Positions 47,420-57,171 of a stretch of 64,000 nucleotides of DNA are shown in pieces. The notes under the pieces are model-generated. The model saw only the letters and a list, made by a program, of their open reading frames with translations. It had not been told where the DNA came from and did no database searches. Positions within the stretch are counted from its first letter, which is position 1, and every line of letters begins with the position of its first letter. The position numbers were made by a program, and so were the translations under genes. This stretch comes from Dehalococcoidia bacterium (GTDB taxonomy: Bacteria; Chloroflexota; Dehalococcoidia; Bin125). Location of the stretch: contig OY820591.1 of the NCBI GenBank assembly GCA_963555985.3, positions 2,720,001-2,784,000 on the forward strand, read 5' to 3'.

Positions 47420-49510
47420 ATGTCCGACCCCAGCAGCGAGCACGCTCATACCAACCAGCTGATTCACGAGTCCTCGCCCTATCTGCTCCAACACGCGCAC
47501 AATCCAGTGGATTGGCTGCCCTGGGGGGACGAGGCCTGGGAGCGGGCGAGACGCGAGGACAAGCCCGTGCTCGTCTCGGTCGGTTATGCCGCCTGTCACT
47601 GGTGCCACGTGATGGAGCGCGAGTCGTTCGAGAACGAAGCGATTGCGCAGCTTCAGAACGAGCTCGTCGTGAGCATCAAGGTTGATCGCGAGGAGCGGCC
47701 CGATGTGGATGAGATCTACATGGACGCGCAGCAGATGATCCACGGTCACGGCGGCTGGCCGCTGAATGTCTTCTGCACCCCTGAGGGTCGCCCCTTCTTC
47801 GGCGGGACCTACTTTCCGCCCCAGCGCCGCACGGGAATGCCCGGCTGGCCCGATGTCCTGCAAGGCGTCTCGCGCGCCTGGCGCGAGCAGCGCGAACAGG
47901 TCGAGCAGCAGGCGGCTCAACTCACGCAACATCTCAACCTCAACATCGCGCTCGCAGCTGAGGACATCACTGAGTCTCCCGCCCAGATCCGAGCTCGGGC
48001 CGCCGGCGCGTTGCTCGAAGCGGCCGACCGGCAGCATGGGGGATTTGGCGGCGCGCCCAAGTTTCCGCAGCCCTACTATCTCCACTTGATCCTTCAGCAA
48101 GCGCTCGATCCGCAGGCCGCGAACCGCGCCGACGCCCAGCAGCACTTCCTCAACACGCTTCGGCAGATGGCCGAGGGTGGGATCTATGACCAGCTTGCCG
48201 GCGGCTTTCATCGCTACGCCGTTGATCAGATCTGGCTGGTGCCGCACTTCGAGAAGATGCTCTATGACAATGCGCTGCTGATTCCGCTTTACCTCAGCGC
48301 CTCGCGGCTGCCCGGCGCGGATCCGCTCTTCGCCCGAATTGCCGAAGAGACCGCCGATTATCTCCTCCAGGGATTGCAAACCCCCGACGGGGCTTTCTAC
48401 GCCTCTACGGATGCGGACTCGGAGGGCGTCGAGGGCAAGTACTTCGTCTGGACTCGCGACGAACTGTTCGAGTTGCTGGAGCGTGACGACGCCGAGATTG
48501 CGGCCCGATGCTGGGGTGTGGATGTGGCCGGGAACTGGGAAGGCAAGACGATCCTCACGGCTGCGGCCTCTCCGGCTGCGGTCGCTCAGTGGGTCAATCG
48601 ACCGCTGATCGAAGTCGAGACCTCACTCGATAGCTCGCGCGCAGCTCTACTCGAACACCGTGCGACGCGGATTCCGCCCGCTACCGATACGAAGATCATC
48701 GCCGCCTGGAACGGAATGGCGATTGACGCACTCGCGCAGGCCGGAGCGGTGCTCGATCAACCGCGCTTCATTGACGCCGCGATCCGCGCTGCCGAGTTCA
48801 TCCTCTCCAACATGCGCGACGAGGACGGACGGCTGCTGCGAATTCACGCCGCCGGTCGCGCCTCTGTCCCTGCGTTCCTTGAGGATTACGCCGCGCTCGC
48901 CGACGGTCTGCTCAGCCTATATGAAGCCACATCCGACGAGCGCTGGTTTGCCGCCGCCCGCGACCTGGCCGACGAGCTCTGCCGGCGCTTCTGGGACGAC
49001 GCCGACGGCGGCTTCTTCACCGTCGCCACTGACGGCGAGGAACTGATCGCGCAGCGTAAGCCGAGCCAGGACGGGGCTACGCCGAGCGGGAACGCGCTGG
49101 CGGCGAAAGTGCTCGCCCGGCTCTACGCGATGACCGCCGACTCGCAGCACGCCGACCGGCTCGAAGCGATGCGCCACAGTTTCAGCGCCTTCTTGACCAA
49201 GGCTCCGACGATGCTGGGACTGTTCGTCTGTGTCCAGGACTGGCTTGCGCAACACCGCGCGGTCGCGCTGATCGGTGATCGCGACGATCCGGAACTTGTC
49301 CAGATCCGACGGAATCTCTGGACTGCGCCGCCGCGACCGACGGTGCTGATGCAGCGCGCCGCCGACGCGCGCAGCGCCATCCCGCAGCTCGCGGACAAAC
49401 CCGCCGTTCAGGGCCGGCCGACTGCCTATGTCTGCCACGCCTTCGCCTGCTCCGCTCCGATCCACAGCGCCGAAGAGCTTGATACGGTGATCGCTGAACC
49501 ACTCCTCTAG
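47420..49510 (+). CDS. Thioredoxin domain protein YyaL/DUF255 (SPATA20-like)
   Basis: [32 protein letters not shown]. Confidence 0.95.
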   Translation: MSDPSSEHAHTNQLIHESSPYLLQHAHNPVDWLPWGDEAWERARREDKPVLVSVGYAACHWCHVMERESFENEAIAQLQNELVVSIKVDREERPDVDEIYMDAQQMIHGHGGWPLNVFCTPEGRPFFGGTYFPPQRRTGMPGWPDVLQGVSRAWREQREQVEQQAAQLTQHLNLNIALAAEDITESPAQIRARAAGALLEAADRQHGGFGGAPKFPQPYYLHLILQQALDPQAANRADAQQHFLNTLRQMAEGGIYDQLAGGFHRYAVDQIWLVPHFEKMLYDNALLIPLYLSASRLPGADPLFARIAEETADYLLQGLQTPDGAFYASTDADSEGVEGKYFVWTRDELFELLERDDAEIAARCWGVDVAGNWEGKTILTAAASPAAVAQWVNRPLIEVETSLDSSRAALLEHRATRIPPATDTKIIAAWNGMAIDALAQAGAVLDQPRFIDAAIRAAEFILSNMRDEDGRLLRIHAAGRASVPAFLEDYAALADGLLSLYEATSDERWFAAARDLADELCRRFWDDADGGFFTVATDGEELIAQRKPSQDGATPSGNALAAKVLARLYAMTADSQHADRLEAMRHSFSAFLTKAPTMLGLFVCVQDWLAQHRAVALIGDRDDPELVQIRRNLWTAPPRPTVLMQRAADARSAIPQLADKPAVQGRPTAYVCHAFACSAPIHSAEELDTVIAEPLL

Positions 49511-49538
49511 ACCGTTCAGCACCAGATAGGCACAGCGC

Positions 49539-49940
49539 GTGAGCACTCCCCACCAGACGATCATTCCCAGCCTTCGCTACGACGACGCCAACGAGGCGAT
49601 CCGCTGGCTGCACGAGGCGTTCGGGCTGACCGAGCACTTCGTCGTCCGCGATGAAGCCGGCCACGTCGAACACGCCCAACTCGCCTGGCGCGGGTCGCTG
49701 GTCATGCTCGGCGACGCATCGGACGATGTGCACAACCTTCCCTATAAGCACGGGTCGATCAGCATGACCGCCGAGTCAGCGGAGCAGGTAGATGAGATCT
49801 TCGAGCGTGCCGTGGCTGCGGGCGCGACGGTGATCCAGCCCCTGACCGACACCGACTATGGGTCGCACGCCTTCACGGTCGCGGACTACGAGGGCAATCA
49901 CTGGCATCTCGGGACCTACGACGCCTTGGCTTCCGAGTAG
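49539..49940 (+). CDS. VOC/glyoxalase family protein, copy 1
   Basis: HAQL, TDYGSHAF, EGNHW. Confidence 0.88.
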   Translation: MSTPHQTIIPSLRYDDANEAIRWLHEAFGLTEHFVVRDEAGHVEHAQLAWRGSLVMLGDASDDVHNLPYKHGSISMTAESAEQVDEIFERAVAAGATVIQPLTDTDYGSHAFTVADYEGNHWHLGTYDALASE

Positions 49941-49957
49941 CCGGACGGAGGTCCCTG

Positions 49958-50365
49958 ATGACCCACCAGACCATCATCCCCGCCTTCCGCGCCAACGACG
50001 CCCAAGCGCTGATTGACTGGCTCCGCGAGACGATCGGCTTCAGCGAGCGCATGATCGTCCCCGACGGCAACGGGGGCATCGCCCACGCCGAACTCGAATG
50101 GCGCGGGAGCCTGGTGATGCTGGGCTCGGCGCGCGGCAACGGCGACTACCTGGACGACTCGATTGGCCGCGCCTCGATGAGCCTGACCGCCGAGTCCAGC
50201 GAGCAGGTCGACGACCTATATGCGCGCGTGCAGGATGCCGGGGCGACGATCACCGTACCGCTCGAAGACACCGACTACGGCTCGCACGCCTTCACCGTGC
50301 GCGACCCCGAGGGCAACTTCTGGCACTTCGGCACCTACGATCCGCTCGCATCGCAACTGGACTAG
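49958..50365 (+). CDS. VOC/glyoxalase family protein, copy 2
   Basis: HAEL, TDYGSHAF, DPEGNFW. Confidence 0.9.
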   Translation: MTHQTIIPAFRANDAQALIDWLRETIGFSERMIVPDGNGGIAHAELEWRGSLVMLGSARGNGDYLDDSIGRASMSLTAESSEQVDDLYARVQDAGATITVPLEDTDYGSHAFTVRDPEGNFWHFGTYDPLASQLD

Positions 50366-50372
50366 GCCGACC

Positions 50373-50849
50373 ATGGATGTTCCCGAACCAGAGCGGCCGC
50401 AGGTGCCGGATAGCTTCGGCTTCAGCATTGAGGACTATCCCTTCGAGCCGATGTCGTGGCAGTGGGTTGTGGAGCAGCTTGAGACGGCGCGCAACTACTG
50501 GATCGCGACGACTCGGCCGTCGGGACGGCCGCACTCGGTACCGGTCTGGGGCGTCTGGGTTGACGACGCCTTCCATTTCGCCACCGATCCGCTCGGGGTC
50601 ACGGCTCAGAACCTGAAGCAGAATCCCGAGTCGGTCGTCAACCTTGAGTCAGGCGACGACGTCGTGATCCTCGAAGGGCAGTTCGAGCTGCATGACTCGA
50701 CGCCCAGCATCCAGGCGGCCTTTAGCGCCAAGTACGACATGCCCTGGGGTGCGGAAGAGACGATCCCGGTCTTCACGCTCAGGGTGAAGAAGGCGCTCGC
50801 CTGGACGGAGGCCGACTATCCCAGCAACGCCACCCGCTGGCGCTTCTAG
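50373..50849 (+). CDS. Pyridoxamine 5'-phosphate oxidase family protein
   Basis: YWIATTRPSGRPHSVPVW, NLKQNP, VILEG. Confidence 0.88.
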   Translation: MDVPEPERPQVPDSFGFSIEDYPFEPMSWQWVVEQLETARNYWIATTRPSGRPHSVPVWGVWVDDAFHFATDPLGVTAQNLKQNPESVVNLESGDDVVILEGQFELHDSTPSIQAAFSAKYDMPWGAEETIPVFTLRVKKALAWTEADYPSNATRWRF

Positions 50850-51619
50850 GTGCCAGTGAACTCCGCCGTGCGTCGCTCGTTGAAGGCGGCCACGCCCTCT
50901 TTCATGTCGTCTGTGTAGGCGAGCCGCTCGAAGTAGAGCTGCTCGATTCGCAGGCCCTCATCCAGCGATGTCTGCATCCCGCGCGTCGCGGCGGACTTGC
51001 AGGCGCGCACCGCCAGCGGTCCGTTGCGGCAGATTCGCTGCGCCATCTCATGCGCCGCGTTCATCAACTCGCCCGCCTCAACGACCCGATGTACCAGCCC
51101 AATCTCAAGCGCCCGCTCCGCCGAGAGCGGATCGCCGGTGAGCATGATCTCCATCGCCCGGCTCTCGCCGAGCAGACGCGGGAGACGTTGTGTGCCGCCC
51201 CAGCCGGGCAAGAGGCCCAAGCCAACCTCCGGCTGACCCATCTGTGCGCCTGCGGCCGCAATCCGCAGATCACAGGCCAGCGCCACTTCCAGTCCGCCGC
51301 CAAAGGCGTAGCCGTTGATCGCCGCAATCAGCGGCTTTGAGATGTACATCCCGCGCATGATCGAGGGGGCTAACTCGAAGCGCTCCTTGGATGGTTCGTC
51401 CATCAGGGCGGGGATCATGTCGCGCAGATCGGCGCCGGCTGAGAAGGCGCGATCGCCTGCGCCGGTGATGATCGCGACCCAGGCGTCATCGTCGTCGCGG
51501 AAGCGTGCGCAGGCCTCGGCGAAGGCCGCGTACTGTTCGCGGTCGAACGAGTTCAACGCCTTCTGGCGATCGAGCGTGAGCGTTGCGACGCGGTCGGATA
51601 CTTCGTAGGTCACTGCCAT
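50846..51619 (-). CDS. Enoyl-CoA hydratase (crotonase)
   Basis: FSAGADL, GGGLEVALACD, PEVGLG, PGWGGTQRL. Confidence 0.93.
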   Translation of the reverse strand: MAVTYEVSDRVATLTLDRQKALNSFDREQYAAFAEACARFRDDDDAWVAIITGAGDRAFSAGADLRDMIPALMDEPSKERFELAPSIMRGMYISKPLIAAINGYAFGGGLEVALACDLRIAAAGAQMGQPEVGLGLLPGWGGTQRLPRLLGESRAMEIMLTGDPLSAERALEIGLVHRVVEAGELMNAAHEMAQRICRNGPLAVRACKSAATRGMQTSLDEGLRIEQLYFERLAYTDDMKEGVAAFNERRTAEFTGT

Positions 51620-51660
51620 GATGTACCTCTCTTGGGAATCCAGTTTTAGGTCTGGCCGGA

Positions 51661-51711
51661 CCCCCCTCTGTCACTTCGTGACATCTCCCCCCGCAGTGCG
51701 GGGGGAGAGGG
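51661..51711. repeat. REP-like palindromic repeat (family C)
   Basis: One mismatch to 4062-4112. Confidence 0.85.
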
Positions 51712-51724
51712 TTCTCGAACTCCG

Positions 51725-52579
51725 TTAGCCACCGTGCTCGTAGATGCCGCGCCCAGTCTTGCGACCCAGACGACCCGCCGAAACGAGCCGCCTCAGGATC
51801 GTCGGGGGCGCCAGGGTTGGGTCGCCGATTTCGCGCTGCATACTCTCGGCCACATCCAGCAGCACGTCCAAGCCGACCAGATCGGCGGTCGCCAGTGGCC
51901 CCAACGAATGCCCAAGCCCAAGCTGGCAGGCTTGGTCAATGTCCTCCGCCGAGGCGACGCCCGACTCCCACAAGCGCAAGGCTGATAGACAGAACGGCAC
52001 CAGCAGCCGATTGACGATGAAGGCGGGCGTGTCCTTGACTCGTACCGGCGACTTGCCCGTCGCCTCGACGAACGCCCAGGCTGCCGACACCGCTTCTTCG
52101 GATGCGGTCAGCGGTACGACGACCTCTACCAGCGGCAGCACCTGCGCGGGATTGAAGTAGTGCAGCCCGACGACCCGCGAGGGGTCGTTCATGCGCTCGG
52201 CGATTTCCTGGACTGAGAGCGAGGACGTATTGGTGGCGATGAACTGCGCCTCGGTGCAGATCCGTTCGAGTTGCACGAAGATGCTCTGCTTGAGCTCGAT
52301 GTTCTCTGAGACTGCTTCGATCACGCCGTCCGAGCCGGCCAGCGCTTCTAGATCGGTGTCCAAGGAGAGTCGTCCCAGCGCCGCCTCCCCTTGCTCCTCG
52401 GAGATTCGCCCGCGCGACTGCAAGCGGCTGACGCCGGCGCGGATTACCGACTGGGCCTGTGCGAGTTGACCTTCATCGACATCGACCAGCGTCACCTCGA
52501 CGTCTGCCAACAGCGCCGTCTGCGCGATCCCGGAGCCCATCGTGCCTGCGCCCAGGACACCGAGTCGCTGCACACTCAT
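51725..52579 (-). CDS. 3-hydroxyacyl-CoA (3-hydroxybutyryl-CoA) dehydrogenase
   Basis: GAGTMGSG, NTSSL, GLHYFNP, LGRKTG. Confidence 0.93.
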   Translation of the reverse strand: MSVQRLGVLGAGTMGSGIAQTALLADVEVTLVDVDEGQLAQAQSVIRAGVSRLQSRGRISEEQGEAALGRLSLDTDLEALAGSDGVIEAVSENIELKQSIFVQLERICTEAQFIATNTSSLSVQEIAERMNDPSRVVGLHYFNPAQVLPLVEVVVPLTASEEAVSAAWAFVEATGKSPVRVKDTPAFIVNRLLVPFCLSALRLWESGVASAEDIDQACQLGLGHSLGPLATADLVGLDVLLDVAESMQREIGDPTLAPPTILRRLVSAGRLGRKTGRGIYEHGG

Positions 52580-52689
52580 CAGTAATCCCCCGTACCTTCC
52601 GAATTGAGCCCCAGGTCAAGGCCGATTCGCAGCATACCGACGGCGATCCGCAGCTCAAGCGGATAGACTCGTGCCACGGAGGGAGCCCA

Positions 52690-53061
52690 ATGGTCAAGAC
52701 CTGCGACTGGCGAGACTGCAGCGCCCCCATCTACCGGAAACACATTCATCCCGCCACCCTCTATGAGCAGGACGTGTGCCTGACCCACTGGGCATTCCTC
52801 CGGCATACGGATGTGCTCGATACCCACACCCGTCAACTCAGCGAGCACAAAGATCTCTTGGCTGCGCTGGTAGAAGGCCAGAAAGCCTTGGTAGAAGGTC
52901 AAAACAGGCAGAACCTTATCCTCGAGCGCCACTCGCAGCAACTCGACCGCCACGAACAGCTGCTCGACCAGCTGACTAACCAACAGATCCGCCTGAACGA
53001 ACGTTTTGACCGCCTGATTGATGTGCTGGAACCAGTGCTCGTACAAGCCCACTCTCACTGA
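52690..53061 (+). CDS. Hypothetical protein, putative Zn-binding N-terminus plus coiled coil
   Basis: GGAGGGAG RBS; CxxxxC...CxxH, then heptad repeats LVEGQ x2. Confidence 0.6.
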   Translation: MVKTCDWRDCSAPIYRKHIHPATLYEQDVCLTHWAFLRHTDVLDTHTRQLSEHKDLLAALVEGQKALVEGQNRQNLILERHSQQLDRHEQLLDQLTNQQIRLNERFDRLIDVLEPVLVQAHSH

Positions 53062-53177
53062 GTCCGGGCCGCAATGCCCGGCGGAATTCGCCGCCCCGCC
53101 ACGTACTGTCAGATCCGCAAGCGCCGTTAGGCTATCTGGGATGGCCAGAGATCACGTTGGACACTGAGGAGCCCACG

Positions 53178-54185
53178 ATGACCCGACGCATTGGCATGGG
53201 ATTCGACTGGCAAGGCTCGATGAACCGCGAGACGGCGCTCAAGCGCGCTCAGATCGCCGACGAGGTCGGGATCGACTCGCTCTGGGTCGCGGAGGCCTGG
53301 GGGCAGGATGCCTTCACCACGCTCGTCCAGCTCGCGGAACGGACGCAGAGCGTTCAGGTCGGCACGAGCATCGTCAACATCTACTCGCGCACCCCGGCCG
53401 CGCTGGCGCAACACTTCGCCACCATCGACGAACTCTCCGAAGGCCGCGTGATCGTCGGTTTGGGCAACAGCGGGCCGCTCGTGATCGAGCACTTTCACGG
53501 CGTGCCTTTCCAGCCCGCCTTCAAGCGGATGCGCGAGACCGTCGAGATCATGAAGATCCTGTTCTCCGGTCAGCGCCTCAACTACGACGGCGACATTTTC
53601 AAGCTCCAGCGCGGCTTCACCCTGCGCTTCGACACCTACCGCAAGCAGGTGCCGATCTACCTGGCGACGCTCAACCCCAAGTCGGTCAGGATGACCGCCG
53701 AGATCTCCGACGGCTGGCTGCCGGTGATGATTCCGCTTGACCGGCTGGCGGAGGAGATCGGCCAAGTCAACCAGTGGGTGGTCGAAGCGGGTAAAGACCC
53801 GGCTGACTTCACCGTCCGCGCGCCGGGCGGCGTCACCGTCGCCAATACTCCCGAAGCCAAGGGCCGCGCCCGCGCCGCCCAAGCCGGCACGCTCGCCTTT
53901 TACTGCGCGCGGATGGGCGAGTTCTACTATCGCCAACTCTCGCGTCAGGGCTACGAAGACGAAGCCAACGCCGTCCGCATCGCCTGGCAGGACGGCGGCG
54001 GCGCAGCCGGCGCTCAGGCGATCCCCGAGGACATGCTGCTCCAGTTCGGTTTCGTCGGCACGACCGAAGAGTGCGTCGAACGTCTGGAACAGGAGCAGGC
54101 CGCCGGCGCGCTGCTGCACTCGGTCAACGTGATGGAGCAGGACCCCAACGAGTTCGGGAAGATTCTCGAAGCGCTCAAGGGCTAA
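53178..54185 (+). CDS. LLM class flavin/F420-dependent oxidoreductase
   Basis: WVAEAWG, RTPA, GLGNSGP. Confidence 0.9.
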   Translation: MTRRIGMGFDWQGSMNRETALKRAQIADEVGIDSLWVAEAWGQDAFTTLVQLAERTQSVQVGTSIVNIYSRTPAALAQHFATIDELSEGRVIVGLGNSGPLVIEHFHGVPFQPAFKRMRETVEIMKILFSGQRLNYDGDIFKLQRGFTLRFDTYRKQVPIYLATLNPKSVRMTAEISDGWLPVMIPLDRLAEEIGQVNQWVVEAGKDPADFTVRAPGGVTVANTPEAKGRARAAQAGTLAFYCARMGEFYYRQLSRQGYEDEANAVRIAWQDGGGAAGAQAIPEDMLLQFGFVGTTEECVERLEQEQAAGALLHSVNVMEQDPNEFGKILEALKG

Positions 54186-54218
54186 GGTGGAACCAGCGAC
54201 GGCGCTGGAGTCCCCACA

Positions 54219-55673
54219 ATGGCCGATCCCAACTGGGCCAACCGCACCATCTGGACTGCCGACAACCTCGATGTCATGCGCGGCATGAACTCGGAGTCGG
54301 TGGATCTGATCTATCTGGATCCGCCCTTCAACAGCAACCGGGACTACGCCGCCCCGATTGGCTCCGCCGCCGCCGAAGCTGCCTTCAAAGACACTTGGAC
54401 GCTCAGCGACGTAGATCTCGCCTGGCACGGCGAGATCGCAGAATCGAATCCGGACCTCTACGGCATCGTCGACGCTGCCGGACTCGGCCACAGCAAGCCG
54501 ATGAAGGCCTACCTGATCATGATGATCGTGCGCCTGGTCGAGATGCGCCGCATCCTCAAGCCGAACGGCAGCATCTACTTGCACTGCGATCCGACCGCCA
54601 ACGCCTGGTTGACCGCGGCCATGGATTGCGTTTTCGGACAGGAGCAGTTCCAGCAAGTCATCATCTGGAAACGCACATCAGCGCACAACGACCGGCTCTT
54701 CGGCAGTGTCTGCGACACCATCCTCTACTACGCCCGCGAAGGCGCAACGCAAAACCTGGACCACATCCGCGTCCCCTTGGATCGGGACTACGTAGACAGC
54801 TTCTACCGTCACGAGGACGAACGCGGACGATATCGAGCGGGCGATCTCACGGCAGCCGGTGAACGGACAGGCGAGTCGGGCGAGCCGTGGCGCGGTATCG
54901 ACCCAACCGAAGTGAGCCGCCACTGGGCGGTACCGCGCACCGGCGCATACGCCGACTACATTGTCCGCTTCCTGCCGGACTATCTCGAAATCGAAAGTTC
55001 GCTGGCCCGTCTCGATACCTTGGACGAGGCCGGTTTCATTCATTGGCCAGCGGAGCCGGGTGGCGTCCCTCAGCTCAAGCGCTACCTCGACGCTTCACCC
55101 GGTCAGATCCCGGGCAATCTCTGGGACGACATCCCGCCACTGGGCGCGCGTGCCAAGGAACGGGTCGGCTATCCCACTCAGAAACCGCTCCGTTTGCTGG
55201 AGCGGATCATCCTCGCTTCCTCCAACCCGGGTGATGTCGTGCTCGATCCGTTCTGCGGCTGTGCGACCGCCTGCGTCGCCGCCGAGAAGCTGGACCGTCA
55301 GTGGGCCGGGATTGACCTCTCACCCGTCGCGCACGCGCTGGCGCACACACGCTTTCAGAACGAGTTGGGACTCACCTCTTTCAGCGTCACGCATCGCAGC
55401 GACATCCCCCAACGCACCGATTTGGGCGTCCTGCCCTCTTACAAGACGCATAAGCACACCCTCTACGGCAGGCAGGAGGGACTCTGCACCGGTTGCAACA
55501 CGCTCTTCCCCTTCCGCAATATGACGATTGTCCACATCCTCGCCCGCTCGCGCGGGGGCAGCGATCACTTCGACAACCTGCAACTGCTCTGCAACGCCTG
55601 CAACTCGCTCAAGGGCGCGAACTCGCAGGAGTGGTTCGTGGCCGAACTGCTCCAGCGCGGGATTCGCAACTGA
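54219..55673 (+). CDS. Beta-class DNA methyltransferase-HNH fusion (#2)
   Basis: DPPF, YPTQKP, DPFCGC; C-terminal CxxC..VH..GG..N..CxxCN. Confidence 0.92.
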   Translation: MADPNWANRTIWTADNLDVMRGMNSESVDLIYLDPPFNSNRDYAAPIGSAAAEAAFKDTWTLSDVDLAWHGEIAESNPDLYGIVDAAGLGHSKPMKAYLIMMIVRLVEMRRILKPNGSIYLHCDPTANAWLTAAMDCVFGQEQFQQVIIWKRTSAHNDRLFGSVCDTILYYAREGATQNLDHIRVPLDRDYVDSFYRHEDERGRYRAGDLTAAGERTGESGEPWRGIDPTEVSRHWAVPRTGAYADYIVRFLPDYLEIESSLARLDTLDEAGFIHWPAEPGGVPQLKRYLDASPGQIPGNLWDDIPPLGARAKERVGYPTQKPLRLLERIILASSNPGDVVLDPFCGCATACVAAEKLDRQWAGIDLSPVAHALAHTRFQNELGLTSFSVTHRSDIPQRTDLGVLPSYKTHKHTLYGRQEGLCTGCNTLFPFRNMTIVHILARSRGGSDHFDNLQLLCNACNSLKGANSQEWFVAELLQRGIRN

Positions 55674-55719
55674 CGGCTAGGGTGAGAGCAACCGGCGACT
55701 GAGGTGGGAAGGCGTCGCG

Positions 55720-57168
55720 ATGGCAGATCCCAACTGGGCCAACCGCACCATCTGGACTGCCGACAACCTCGATGTCATGCGCGGCATGAACAGCGAGTCG
55801 GTGGATCTGATCTATCTGGATCTACCCTTCAACACCAATCGGGATTACGAAGCGCCAATCGGCAGCGAAGCTGCGGGCGCTGCGTTTAAGGACACTTGGA
55901 CGCTCAGCGACGTCGACGAAGCCTGGCATGGTGAAGTCGCTGAGCGTCAACCGGGCGTCTACGCCGCCTGCGACGCAGCAGGCGCGATCCATGGCTCGCC
56001 CATGAAGGCGTATCTCATCTACATGGGCGTTCGCCTCCTGGAGATGCGCCGCCTGCTCAAGCCCACCGGCAGCATCTATCTCCACTGCGATCCCACTGCC
56101 GGCCACTACCTCAAGATGCTGTTGGACGCCGTCTTCGGACAAGCGAATTTTCGCAACGAGATCGTCTGGAAGCGGACAAACCACTCGAAAGGCACCGGCG
56201 ATGCCGATCGGACCTTCGGCTCTGTCACCGATTCGATCTTTTTCTACACGATGAGCGGCTCTTACGACTTGCACCCACGCGACGAAGAGCGAATCCCCGG
56301 CCCTCCGCGAAACGGCGAGTACGACGACGAGCAAGGGCGCCGTTATCGCTCCGGCCCGCTTGATGCGGAAGGAACGCGGGAGGGTACCTCCGGCCAGCCC
56401 TGGCGCGATACCGATCCAACATCCGTCGGACGGCACTGGGCTGTGCCCGGCCGGGACAAGATGCCGGATTGGGTTGAGCTCCCGGACGAGTATGAAGACC
56501 TGTCCACGCAAGAGAAGCTCGACGTACTCAATGCAGCCGGCATGATTCACTGGCCGCGCCGCAGAGGCGGCAAACCCCGTTTTCGTCTCTACGCAGATGT
56601 CGATGATCGGCTCAAGAGCCTATGGGACGACATCAACCGGGCAGGCGGCTCGGAACGAACCGGCTACCGAACCCAGAAGCCGCTGAAGCTGCTCAAGCGA
56701 ATCATCGGGGCGTCGTCCAACGAAGGTGAGGTCGTGCTCGATCCGTTCTGCGGTTGCGCTACTGCTTGTGTCGCTGCTGAGGACCTGGGCCGGCAATGGG
56801 TTGGCATCGACTTGTCGGAGATGGCCGACCAGCTCGTGCGATCGCGATTTCGGCGCGAACTCGGCCTCACCTCGTTCACTGTTACGCATCGCAGCGACAT
56901 CCCCCAACGCACCGATTTGGGCGTCCTGCCCTCTTACAAGACGCACAAGCACACGCTCTACGGCAGGCAGGAGGGACTTTGCGCCGGTTGCAACACGCTC
57001 TTCCCCTTCCGCAATATGACGATTGTCCATATCATCGCCCGCTCGCGCGGGGGCAGCGATCACTTCGACAACCTGCAACTGCTCTGCAACGCCTGCAACT
57101 CGCTCAAGGGCGCGAACTCGCAGGAGTGGTTCGTGGCCGAACTGCTCGAGCGCGGGATTCGCAACTGA
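55720..57168 (+). CDS. Beta-class DNA methyltransferase-HNH fusion (#3), motif IV reads DLPF
   Basis: Paralog of #2; DLPF, YRTQKP, DPFCGC, HNH. Confidence 0.9.
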   Translation: MADPNWANRTIWTADNLDVMRGMNSESVDLIYLDLPFNTNRDYEAPIGSEAAGAAFKDTWTLSDVDEAWHGEVAERQPGVYAACDAAGAIHGSPMKAYLIYMGVRLLEMRRLLKPTGSIYLHCDPTAGHYLKMLLDAVFGQANFRNEIVWKRTNHSKGTGDADRTFGSVTDSIFFYTMSGSYDLHPRDEERIPGPPRNGEYDDEQGRRYRSGPLDAEGTREGTSGQPWRDTDPTSVGRHWAVPGRDKMPDWVELPDEYEDLSTQEKLDVLNAAGMIHWPRRRGGKPRFRLYADVDDRLKSLWDDINRAGGSERTGYRTQKPLKLLKRIIGASSNEGEVVLDPFCGCATACVAAEDLGRQWVGIDLSEMADQLVRSRFRRELGLTSFTVTHRSDIPQRTDLGVLPSYKTHKHTLYGRQEGLCAGCNTLFPFRNMTIVHIIARSRGGSDHFDNLQLLCNACNSLKGANSQEWFVAELLERGIRN

Positions 57169-57171
57169 CGG

